From a virus, in IMG/VR virus record IMGVR_UViG_3300025133_000066, positions 14,291 through 78,290 of that record: 64,000 nt of DNA, one strand, 5' to 3'. The position numbers and the translations under genes are program-made. Numbering within the stretch: position 1 is the stretch's first letter; each line of letters starts with the position of its first letter. Below are positions 16,901 to 23,916 of the stretch, in pieces. The notes under the pieces were generated by a model. That model was not told the origin of the DNA. It did not search any database and worked only from the letters and a program-made list of their open reading frames with translations.

Positions 16901-17077
16901 CATTTCGACAAATTCTGGACTAATTTGTGTTTTTGTGTGAGCAATATCACCACAATGAACGATATAATCTGGCTTTTCCCTTCTTAAAATATCATATAGC
17001 TCGTTGAAAATAATTCTGTATTCATAATGATACTTTAAATTCTTAATATGTGTGTCTGCAATGTGGGCAATTCTCAA
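13919..17077 (-). CDS. Fused Mre11/SbcD nuclease and Rad50/SbcC ATPase (gp47-gp46 fusion)
   Basis: Metallophosphoesterase motifs ADTH, GDIAH, GNHD and LGDIH; Walker A GKNFSGKSS; coiled coil; signature GSGAE; Walker B FILDE; ISH loop. Confidence 0.92.
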   Translation of the reverse strand: MRIAHIADTHIKNLKYHYEYRIIFNELYDILRREKPDYIVHCGDIAHTKTQISPEFVEMCSDFLSNLAHIAPTYVILGNHDGNLRNSSRQDALTPIVEALAHPNLYLLKKSGETPLSANVTLNILSVFDEEGWVKPSDPSKINIALYHGSVSGVVTDTGWVMTHGEHPIEIFEGHDYGLLGDIHKTDQRLDAEGKIRYPGSTIQQNHGETNDKGFLLWDIQSKEDFTCQHFNIKNPRPFMTIELTPKGKMPRSAAKNIPQSARLRLVSNNNLPLDVMRKATEVAKRRFKPESITFLNRATGEKGDIQNITDGLETEDLRNIQIQEELIKEYLKDFEVDDELMQRVINLNLKYNKIAEENEEVSRNINWRLRSIEWSNLFNYAEGNSINFDSLEGIVGIFGKNFSGKSSIIDSILYTVFNSTSKNDRKNLNIINQNKKVGSGKVKISIGDKDYYIERNSEKYTRKLKGSVTQEAKTNVEFTVYDPALGDMESLNGLTRNQTDKNIRKVFGTLEDFLYSSMASQLDSLTFIKEGSTKRKEILAKFLDLEFFEHKFRLAKEDASDTRGALKKSEGRDFNNDILFAQEELENANNDLERKKHHCETIKFNISQCNKEIGEINEKIKSIPAEIIDVMKVQQELNDKKNQLISVSDQNSEFYIERDADKEKYRKILLFLGEFDKKALFEKQERVHELLNQLVILENSLSVEEEELKRNKNKLQLLQGIPCGTAHPKCKFIKDAYVSKATIPLNEKEAENLSGQIDDLNDDIEEINPDEVEDHIGKYNEIVNKKNALSNKITNYDLKIEKNVSIIKNLMSEIEISEEKVSEYELNKEIIENLGNLSQKLRGLKIKSQNFQSNHEKCTSSILDIYKSVGSLEQKVNNLITQRNEYLDLQEEFSSYDLYLRCMHPNGIAYDVIKRKLPVINDEVAKILANIVDFEVFFEDDGKRLDIFIKHPRHEPRPLEMGSGAEKTIAAMAIRLALLSVSSLPKSDFFILDEPGTALDEENMQGFVDILDLIRSYFKTVLLISHLDSLKDCVDMQIVIDKKNGYAFIEQ

Positions 17078-17086
17078 ACTTCTCTC

Positions 17087-18010
17087 CTATAAATTAGAAA
17101 TTGCCGAAACCAAGGAATCCTCTTCCTTAATAAGCGGTGCATTCTGACTTAAATTCTTAACTTCTTCTTTGGACATATCACCTATGTCCCTCTCGTCATC
17201 ATATTGTATTTCACGGATCTCAATTCCGTATTTCAAAAACAATCTTTTGATGTTTTCGGCTTTGTATTTTGCATCTGGGTCTAGTGCCAACAAAATTGGT
17301 GTGTCGTTTTGAACTATTCTTCTGAATATTCTCGATGTTTCTCTAATCGTTGATCCCAAAATAGGAATCGCGTTCTCGGCTTTAATGGCATCGAATGCAC
17401 CTTCAACAATTGTTACCTCCTTATCAAAATCAACGTATAATTCATTGAATATGATATCTCGACTAACTGGGGGATTTAAATATCTTTTGTAGTTGTCGGT
17501 AAATGTTCTCGCAATAAAATAGTTAAGGTCACCGTTTTCGTTAAAAGACGGGATAATAATTCTTCCCCTATACGGACCATCGGAACAAAAGCCCATCTTC
17601 CACTTTAAGATGTCTTTTTTATCAATTCCGCGATCTTTAAGATATTTTAGGGGTGTCTGGAACCTCTTATTGCCGCACAAACTCTTAAAACTTGGTGGCA
17701 TTTGTAATATCTGTTCAAAATTTTCTTTCTCGTCTTCTTCGAAGAGGTTATCAAACCCATTTAAGTCTGTTTTTTCTCCCGAAAGAGCTTTCCAAGTTTC
17801 TCGTTGCTTAAAAGATCCAAATCGACGTATTAATCGATAGAGACTTCGACCTTTTGCATCACAAATCCAACATTTATAAACTCCGCGCTTAATGTTGACA
17901 GAAAATTTTCTTTTATGATGTTTACAGTAGGGGCATTGAAAAAGATGTTCATCATTTGACTCATAATAAGATCCAAGAATGTCTGATAATAGAGAGATTT
18001 TTTCTTTCAT
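17087..18010 (-). CDS. DNA primase (Zn finger plus TOPRIM)
   Basis: CPYC...CWIC Zn ribbon, RIIIP, IVEGAFDA and LALDPDA. Confidence 0.9.
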   Translation of the reverse strand: MKEKISLLSDILGSYYESNDEHLFQCPYCKHHKRKFSVNIKRGVYKCWICDAKGRSLYRLIRRFGSFKQRETWKALSGEKTDLNGFDNLFEEDEKENFEQILQMPPSFKSLCGNKRFQTPLKYLKDRGIDKKDILKWKMGFCSDGPYRGRIIIPSFNENGDLNYFIARTFTDNYKRYLNPPVSRDIIFNELYVDFDKEVTIVEGAFDAIKAENAIPILGSTIRETSRIFRRIVQNDTPILLALDPDAKYKAENIKRLFLKYGIEIREIQYDDERDIGDMSKEEVKNLSQNAPLIKEEDSLVSAISNL

Positions 18011-18147
18011 TCAATTTCAACATTACAGAATGGTAATATACGGCTATATTGGTACATGGTATATTTTTGACCAAGATAAAATCCCCAAACCAAACCGTTT
18101 AAGAGTATTAAACCTATCCAAAAAGCTAAATAACATTTTTTTTTCAT
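18007..18147 (-). CDS. 46-aa single-TM protein (not in ORF track)
   Basis: MKKKCYLAFWIGLILLNGLVWGFYLGQKY...; GGAG RBS; ATGA overlap with the primase start; directly follows a sigma70 promoter. Confidence 0.7.
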   Translation of the reverse strand: MKKKCYLAFWIGLILLNGLVWGFYLGQKYTMYQYSRILPFCNVEIE

Positions 18148-18167
18148 AAGATTTCTCCATTACTTAT

Positions 18168-18196
18168 ATTATAATAGATTTAGCATCAAAAGTCAA
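18168..18196 (-). promoter_or_regulatory. Sigma70-type promoter TTGACT-N17-TATAAT
   Basis: Near-consensus -35/-10 with 17-nt spacer, intergenic, upstream of the primase/Mre11-Rad50 operon. Confidence 0.85.
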
Positions 18197-18201
18197 GCTT
18201 T

Positions 18202-19467
18202 TTATTTATTTATTTTTGCATCGCGGTTGTCGTCTGCGGCGCCCATGGCGTCAATCATCATGTCTACCACTTCACTTTGGCTTTCTCCGGTAGCATCCTG
18301 ATATTTTTTGGCCAGCGCTATCTGGAACTCTTCAAGATTATCAAATCCATTTTCGCTTGTTATGGCTAGGCGCTCTTCAGGGGTGCCGTTTATCATTCCA
18401 GTCATTACTCTTTTTATTGTAGTTTCATAAATATCATGGGCTATTGACCATTCAAGAGGCAACATTTGTGCTCTTAGGTCGGGGTGTGATGCCAAGCCAG
18501 AGCCATATCGTCCTTGCGTCTTATATCCATGTTGGCCAATATCGCCGTGAATATATGCTTCAAGTTGTTCAAGTTCTCTTAAATTGTAAGATGGCCCTGT
18601 ACACACTCTTGTTTCCTCCCCTGTTTCCGGGTCTTTCTCTTCCCTACAACCAGTAGGAGCCATTCCCCCTCGGAGCCTCTTTGTGGTGTCCATAAAATAG
18701 CCCGGACCTGCCCCTTCGCGGGATTCGGAATAAAATTGCTCTCGTGGCATCGGATCGGTTCCGCTAATTTTCGCCCTAAAGTCGGCCACAGTCATTTGTG
18801 ATCCAGGAAGCAGGAAATCATCAGATAGGGATTTCGCTGGTATATAAGCATATTGGCCGCTTTGTCCTGCGGGTGCCATTTCCCACCCTTCGGCTGGGAG
18901 GTCCTCAGGGGATTTTATGGATTTCTCATTATTATAAAAGCTTTTATAGCGCTGCAATTCGGCTTTTCTTTCTTTTTCGTAAACTTCATTTGCGATGCGG
19001 ATTTGGTGCATCTCATTCATAGCTTTAATCACATATCCGCCGCCTACAGTCGCTGAGGCGACCAGAGCTAGGCCGGCCAGTATTGGCATAATTTTCATTA
19101 ATTTTCGTTTTCGCGCCATGGATTTCTCATAGTCTAATATATCTGTGCCCTCTTGTCCAAAAAGCTCTTCAACATCACCATGACGGTCAAAAGGATTCCA
19201 ACGACCTTCTTGCATTGAGGCCGATGTTGATCCTTGTGCCAACTTCTTCAATGTAGATATGGCAGATTCAGCGATCTCTTCTGGAGATTTTCCTTCTCCT
19301 TGAAGTTTAGCAAGCATCTCGTGGGCGCGTTCGAGGTCTTCTTTGGTCACTCCAAATTTGTTCACTAGATCTTTTATTTTTTGCGGAGATGGTGGCTCTT
19401 CTTCTTCTTCTTCTTCTTCTTTCATATATTTCTGCCACTTTTCCATCAAAAGGCGCATTTCGGACAT
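18202..19467 (-). CDS. Hypothetical protein with N-terminal MEKWQKY tag and internal TM helix
   Basis: MSEMRLLMEKWQKYMKEEEEEEEE, then hydrophobic ILAGLALVASATVGGGYVI; AGGAG RBS. Confidence 0.75.
   Translation of the reverse strand: MSEMRLLMEKWQKYMKEEEEEEEEPPSPQKIKDLVNKFGVTKEDLERAHEMLAKLQGEGKSPEEIAESAISTLKKLAQGSTSASMQEGRWNPFDRHGDVEELFGQEGTDILDYEKSMARKRKLMKIMPILAGLALVASATVGGGYVIKAMNEMHQIRIANEVYEKERKAELQRYKSFYNNEKSIKSPEDLPAEGWEMAPAGQSGQYAYIPAKSLSDDFLLPGSQMTVADFRAKISGTDPMPREQFYSESREGAGPGYFMDTTKRLRGGMAPTGCREEKDPETGEETRVCTGPSYNLRELEQLEAYIHGDIGQHGYKTQGRYGSGLASHPDLRAQMLPLEWSIAHDIYETTIKRVMTGMINGTPEERLAITSENGFDNLEEFQIALAKKYQDATGESQSEVVDMMIDAMGAADDNRDAKINK
19397..19420 (-). repeat. (GAA)n trinucleotide run encoding poly-Glu
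   Basis: cttcttctt... run on the plus strand. Confidence 0.8.
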
Positions 19468-19485
19468 TTTTTAGATTCTCCTGTA

Positions 19486-19494
19486 ATAAGTAGT
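19486..19494 (-). promoter_or_regulatory. Putative late promoter motif ACTACTTAT
   Basis: Intergenic, 18 nt upstream of ATG 19467. Confidence 0.55.
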
Positions 19495-19549
19495 GCCATG
19501 CGCGAGGAACGACGATCGTGCTTTTTTGTCAAGAACTATTTTAGTTTTT

Positions 19550-20137
19550 TTACTCTGGCTCTTCGACAGCATATCCGGTTTTTCCAAATAAGTTTTTATT
19601 ATTGACAAACTTCTTTATCATAATATCAATATCTGGTATGGGGGCATCAGGATTGGTTTTTATTTGTGTTTCGACATCTTTGAACATTTTTTCCATAAAT
19701 TCTTTTTCTAAACCATCATCAACTAATTTTTGAAGACCGTCATCGAGATTGAATGCGTCTAAAACTGGATTTGCTTTTGTAACCTCGTCTTCCTCCTGCC
19801 CATAAGTTTTATAAATCCCCCTTACTCTATTTACGATGTTTTTTGCGGCGACGAGGCCGCCGATGACTGGCACAAATGAGGCCACGATGTCCATTACATC
19901 GCTGCCCAAATCTTTTGCCAACTGCTTTTGTCTTTCTCGACTAAGTTCGCCAGCTTTTACTGCTTGTGCGATTTTCAGCGCCTGATCCAACTGTCTCCAA
20001 GTTAATTTTCCGGACTTCATTTGTTCTCTTGACTGGCTGGCCTTTTCTTCTTTATCTTGGCTTGCTGCTTCCTCTCTCCATCCTTCATTTATTTCAAAAT
20101 TTCTCCAATTTTCCATAATAAGCTTCATTTTAGACAT
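19550..20137 (-). CDS. Hypothetical protein with N-terminal MENWRNF tag
   Basis: MSKMKLIMENWRNFEINEGW; hydrophobic segment IVASFVPVIGGLVAA. Confidence 0.75.
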   Translation of the reverse strand: MSKMKLIMENWRNFEINEGWREEAASQDKEEKASQSREQMKSGKLTWRQLDQALKIAQAVKAGELSRERQKQLAKDLGSDVMDIVASFVPVIGGLVAAKNIVNRVRGIYKTYGQEEDEVTKANPVLDAFNLDDGLQKLVDDGLEKEFMEKMFKDVETQIKTNPDAPIPDIDIMIKKFVNNKNLFGKTGYAVEEPE

Positions 20138-20143
20138 TTTAGA

Positions 20144-20656
20144 CTATTTCCCTTGTAATAAATAGTGTCCAGCGCGGGCAACAACAATTGCATCTGCAAT
20201 ATCATAGCAATATTTTTGAACATTCCCAAATCTGGTATAAATAATCTCAAATTCTTTACTTTCAATGAAGTGTTCCATAACAACTTCTTTTGCCTTCTTG
20301 CCTCGGGCTATTTTTATGCCACATTTAGAGCGAGCACTGATCGGACTTATATAGTTCGGTTCCATATCATATATATTATAACACATCCAAGATATAATGC
20401 CATTAAATCGTTGAAGAATTGACATAGTTTTGGCAGTCGAGCCGCCTCTTCGGAAAAACATGAGAGCTTGTTCTATAAAAATGTGTTTTACATCGTACTT
20501 TTCTTTAACCTCTTTTAAAGTTGTTTCTACTTTTCTGGCTTTTTCAAAGAATGAACCAGTCTTGCGTAAATCAACATAGTCTGTATAAATTATTTTGTCA
20601 TTTTCGAGGATACAGACGCCTATAATACTTGTACTTATATCAAGTCCTAAAATCAT
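20144..20656 (-). CDS. ruvC: RuvC-like Holliday junction resolvase
   Basis: Catalytic pattern ILGLDIST, IFIEQ and DIADA. Confidence 0.85.
   Translation of the reverse strand: MILGLDISTSIIGVCILENDKIIYTDYVDLRKTGSFFEKARKVETTLKEVKEKYDVKHIFIEQALMFFRRGGSTAKTMSILQRFNGIISWMCYNIYDMEPNYISPISARSKCGIKIARGKKAKEVVMEHFIESKEFEIIYTRFGNVQKYCYDIADAIVVARAGHYLLQGK
20158..20166 (-). promoter_or_regulatory. Putative late promoter motif ACTATTTAT inside the ruvC 3' end
   Basis: 20 nt upstream of ATG 20137, matching the spacing of the intergenic copies. Confidence 0.5.
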
Positions 20657-21825
20657 TAAATATCCAATTTGAGTTTAAAGGTAAGATCCCTGTCTTGTGT
20701 TTTTTTGACAGGATTTGCAACCGTTGCGATTCCAATCAAATTTTTATCCTCGTCATATATGCCTACTTTTGATATATAAGTTACTTTTTCAAAAGATCCT
20801 GCTGGATCTGTATAAGAAGAGCTAACTATGTTTTTAATAGAAAGATTAGTGTTTTCTTTATAAATGTCGGATGCAGTTAAAGGTGCCTCAACCTGTCCAT
20901 ATTCAATATATGTTGGATTATTGGAGTGATTCATCTCTATTTTATTTGCATGAGCAAACATAGTTAATGTAGGGATACTATTAACACCCTTCATATTAAA
21001 TGAATAACTAGAAGATGGAATAATTCCCGATGGAATTCCATCGTTCGCGCCAACTCCAAAGAAAAGCCACGAAGATGTCATAAGATTGGTTCCATCATTC
21101 AAATAATTTCTGGCAATTCCTGTTTCAAGATACCAAGATCCAGTTAAGAGAACAAACCCCTCATTATACAGGGCTACACCAGCTACGGATCCCGATCCGG
21201 TGCTTCCTGCGGGACCAGTTTGAACCATTTCTCCATTTTGCCTCTCATCTTTTAGAGTTCCGATGAGGGTTCCTGAAATATAAAAACTTAATTCTAATCC
21301 TCCTTTCTTTACTGAGCTTCCATAAAGAATTGATGGAATAGAAATTAGATTAAGCGGCTGTGTTCCCTTGTTCCCAAAAGAAGAGCTATATTGATATTGT
21401 CGGCTTAGGCTTGTATAAAAATTTAAAGTATTTTTAAGGGCGTCCACTTCTGGGCGCGACTGGCCTAGCTGATAAAAATTCCTTTTAATGCTCGATGAAA
21501 GAGGATAGCTACCGGTTATTGTATCTCCATATAAAAAATCACTATTAAAAGTGGTAGTGGAAATTGTTTTTGTTCCAATGCGACTTCCACCCTTTGTGAC
21601 AAACGGATAAATTAATCCTGTATCGGTCTCGTTTCTGTCGACATTGATCTCGAATAAAGAAACAAACCCTGTTTCCACACACGGAACAGGGGCAGTAAAT
21701 TGCCCACTTATTTGTTTTTGATTATTCCAGTATACATTTGAATCATATATTTCAAATGTTTGCTCTGGATTTGTTTCCAGAACATTATAAAGTATATCTT
21801 TGTCCTCAAACTTTTTAAATGTCAT
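20656..21825 (-). CDS. Virion structural protein (baseplate/tail-collar-like C-terminus)
   Basis: C-terminal ISKVGIYDEDKNLIGIA..NPVKK..FKLKLDI, paralogous to the next gene's C-terminus. Confidence 0.7.
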   Translation of the reverse strand: MTFKKFEDKDILYNVLETNPEQTFEIYDSNVYWNNQKQISGQFTAPVPCVETGFVSLFEINVDRNETDTGLIYPFVTKGGSRIGTKTISTTTFNSDFLYGDTITGSYPLSSSIKRNFYQLGQSRPEVDALKNTLNFYTSLSRQYQYSSSFGNKGTQPLNLISIPSILYGSSVKKGGLELSFYISGTLIGTLKDERQNGEMVQTGPAGSTGSGSVAGVALYNEGFVLLTGSWYLETGIARNYLNDGTNLMTSSWLFFGVGANDGIPSGIIPSSSYSFNMKGVNSIPTLTMFAHANKIEMNHSNNPTYIEYGQVEAPLTASDIYKENTNLSIKNIVSSSYTDPAGSFEKVTYISKVGIYDEDKNLIGIATVANPVKKTQDRDLTFKLKLDI

Positions 21826-21832
21826 ATCATTA

Positions 21833-21841
21833 ATAAATAGT
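21833..21841 (-). promoter_or_regulatory. Putative late promoter motif ACTATTTAT
   Basis: Intergenic, only 7 nt upstream of ATG 21825. Confidence 0.55.
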
Positions 21842-21851
21842 CAACTGACTA

Positions 21852-22892
21852 TTAATAATCTAATCTTACACGAAGAGTTAATTCATTCGTGGGATCTTTT
21901 TTCAGAGGTTCTGAAACTTTTGCAACAGCAAGAAGTTCATTATCATCAGAATAAAGCCCAATTGTGGTAATATAAGCCGCAGGATTGTCTGTGGAAATAT
22001 TTTTTACTCTTATTTTGCTTCCATTAAGATATGTTGGGTTTGCGCTGTAATTAAATTCATTTGTACTTGCACGACAGAAGTAAATGGTACTGTTCAATTC
22101 CGTGGTGTTATTAAAATCAAGATCATCCCATCTGTTTCTAACACCATCGCATGCAGAAGAAATTTCTGTTCCGGTCAAAACTGCATCAATTGAAGCGGTA
22201 TCATAAGTTGCACCTGGAGCACCAAACTCGCCATCAAATATAGATGCGGTCAAAACGGCGATTCCAGCCTGATAATAAAGCAAGCCGACGCCAGAACCGG
22301 AATTTGGGGGGGCTGAACTTGTATATAGAATTCCATAATCTCCTGCTGGAGAATTTGTTCTATAATCGCTACCTGCTCCATAATCAGAAATTGTCTTTAG
22401 GGAAGAAAAATCGGGTGCGCTCGGGGCCCCGCCTGTGGCAAAAGAAAGAAAGAACGATTGTTTTTTGATTTCGTCCTTTGTCAAAAGGCGTGAAAAATTA
22501 ATAAACACGCATTCATTCAAATTATCACCAGCAGTAGAATAGCTTCCATCTCTATCAAATCTACGAATGTCACCATTAGTATCATATCCAGCCAAAACTT
22601 GCGCCATTTGATTATAAATATTGATCTTTTTGGCATTTTGAACGGAAAGTGAACTGGATAATCCAGACTCCGATGAATAGCCGACTGTCAAATCAAAAAT
22701 GTGATTTGCAGATGAGCTTAAATAAGGATAATCATAAACACTCTGGAACATCCCGTGTGCATAATTCTTAATGTTTTCGTCTTCATATGTACCAGAAATT
22801 ATTGTTCCCGTAATCGGAATTGCTTCGTGAAGTAATGTCCGAGTATTTGCAATGTCTTTATCTAATACTAATGTTTTAAAGGTGGTAGCCAT
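21852..22892 (-). CDS. Virion structural protein (baseplate/tail-collar-like C-terminus)
   Basis: FNYSANPT and YITTIGLYSDDNELLAVAKVSEPLKK..LRVRLDY. Confidence 0.7.
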   Translation of the reverse strand: MATTFKTLVLDKDIANTRTLLHEAIPITGTIISGTYEDENIKNYAHGMFQSVYDYPYLSSSANHIFDLTVGYSSESGLSSSLSVQNAKKINIYNQMAQVLAGYDTNGDIRRFDRDGSYSTAGDNLNECVFINFSRLLTKDEIKKQSFFLSFATGGAPSAPDFSSLKTISDYGAGSDYRTNSPAGDYGILYTSSAPPNSGSGVGLLYYQAGIAVLTASIFDGEFGAPGATYDTASIDAVLTGTEISSACDGVRNRWDDLDFNNTTELNSTIYFCRASTNEFNYSANPTYLNGSKIRVKNISTDNPAAYITTIGLYSDDNELLAVAKVSEPLKKDPTNELTLRVRLDY

Positions 22893-22902
22893 ATTTTAGT
22901 CC

Positions 22903-23832
22903 TTATAATTTCAATAATCTTATCGGAATATCTATTCTATATCCCGTTGTGAGTCCAATAATTCTGAGATTTGTATCAATATAATTAAAAGTAGTATTTA
23001 GTCCCCCTCCCTCTGGCTGTACAAGCGTGGTACTGCCCAGTGTTGTAAACAAATATGTACTATCTCGCAAATCTATACTAGATTGAAGTCCTATTTTTAA
23101 TCTTGTTCCTCTTGGGCCCTCTATCGAGCTTTGTTCCGCGCCGCCGGTAAAAGTACTAATATCTTGGATAGGATCAGTTGCGGAGGTTGTATAAGCCACC
23201 GAATATGTAGCAATAGAATCATCATCTATAAAAGAAACAGCAATGGGCGTTCCGGTGCCATCTGTTAGGCTAATTAAGCGATTATCCATTTGAATAGAAT
23301 ATTGCGTCTCAAACAAATCTGTTGGAAGTCCCGATTCAGTAGGGGGAATTCTGTCGGTGTCTAATCCCTGATCGGTTATGACTGCTGGCTTAACGGGCTG
23401 TTCTGCATTGTAAAAAAGAAACTTTGACGTAGTAGTACCATTGAGTGAGTCATTGGTTGTTGTATCAACTGACACGGGAATTGTTCCGGCCAAACCGGTA
23501 ACAGTACTTAAACCCAATCCCGCGCCTTGGGTGAAAAGCTTTAAAACGGGCAAATATAAAACATTTGTTCTGGTAATTGTGATTAACTTTGACTTCATAG
23601 AGGAAGTATTGTTCGTAAATGCCTCCAAGACTGGGGTTTGTAAAATCTCCAAATCATAAAATGCAGATCCCCTTAGATCATTGGGATCGTAAAGTTCATA
23701 GTTGATTTCATCATCGCCCAAGGCAAATTTAGTAATCTTGAAGCTTCCATCACCTCTTGCCAATCTTTCTCTACCAGCATCTGTCAAAACGGCATCTAAT
23801 ATGATGTCTCCGCTATTATCTAAAAATGACAT
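22903..23832 (-). CDS. Virion structural protein (baseplate/tail-collar-like N-terminus)
   Basis: ILDAVLTDAGRERLARG..FKITKFALGDDEINY; GAGGA RBS. Confidence 0.7.
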   Translation of the reverse strand: MSFLDNSGDIILDAVLTDAGRERLARGDGSFKITKFALGDDEINYELYDPNDLRGSAFYDLEILQTPVLEAFTNNTSSMKSKLITITRTNVLYLPVLKLFTQGAGLGLSTVTGLAGTIPVSVDTTTNDSLNGTTTSKFLFYNAEQPVKPAVITDQGLDTDRIPPTESGLPTDLFETQYSIQMDNRLISLTDGTGTPIAVSFIDDDSIATYSVAYTTSATDPIQDISTFTGGAEQSSIEGPRGTRLKIGLQSSIDLRDSTYLFTTLGSTTLVQPEGGGLNTTFNYIDTNLRIIGLTTGYRIDIPIRLLKL

Positions 23833-23871
23833 TAATAAATCCTCTTTTTCATTTAAAATGTTTTTCCTATA

Positions 23872-23880
23872 ATAAATAGT
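23872..23880 (-). promoter_or_regulatory. Putative late promoter motif ACTATTTAT
   Basis: Intergenic, 39 nt upstream of ATG 23832. Confidence 0.55.
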
Positions 23881-23916
23881 TTAATTTTATCAATTTTTCC
23901 AAAACATTTTCTTTTA

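Noticed and set aside
19495-19532. Orphan TTGACA (19527..19532) and 8-bp palindrome ACGATCGT in an intergenic gap
   Set aside because: No -10 hexamer at the proper spacing, and the palindrome is too short to be significant.
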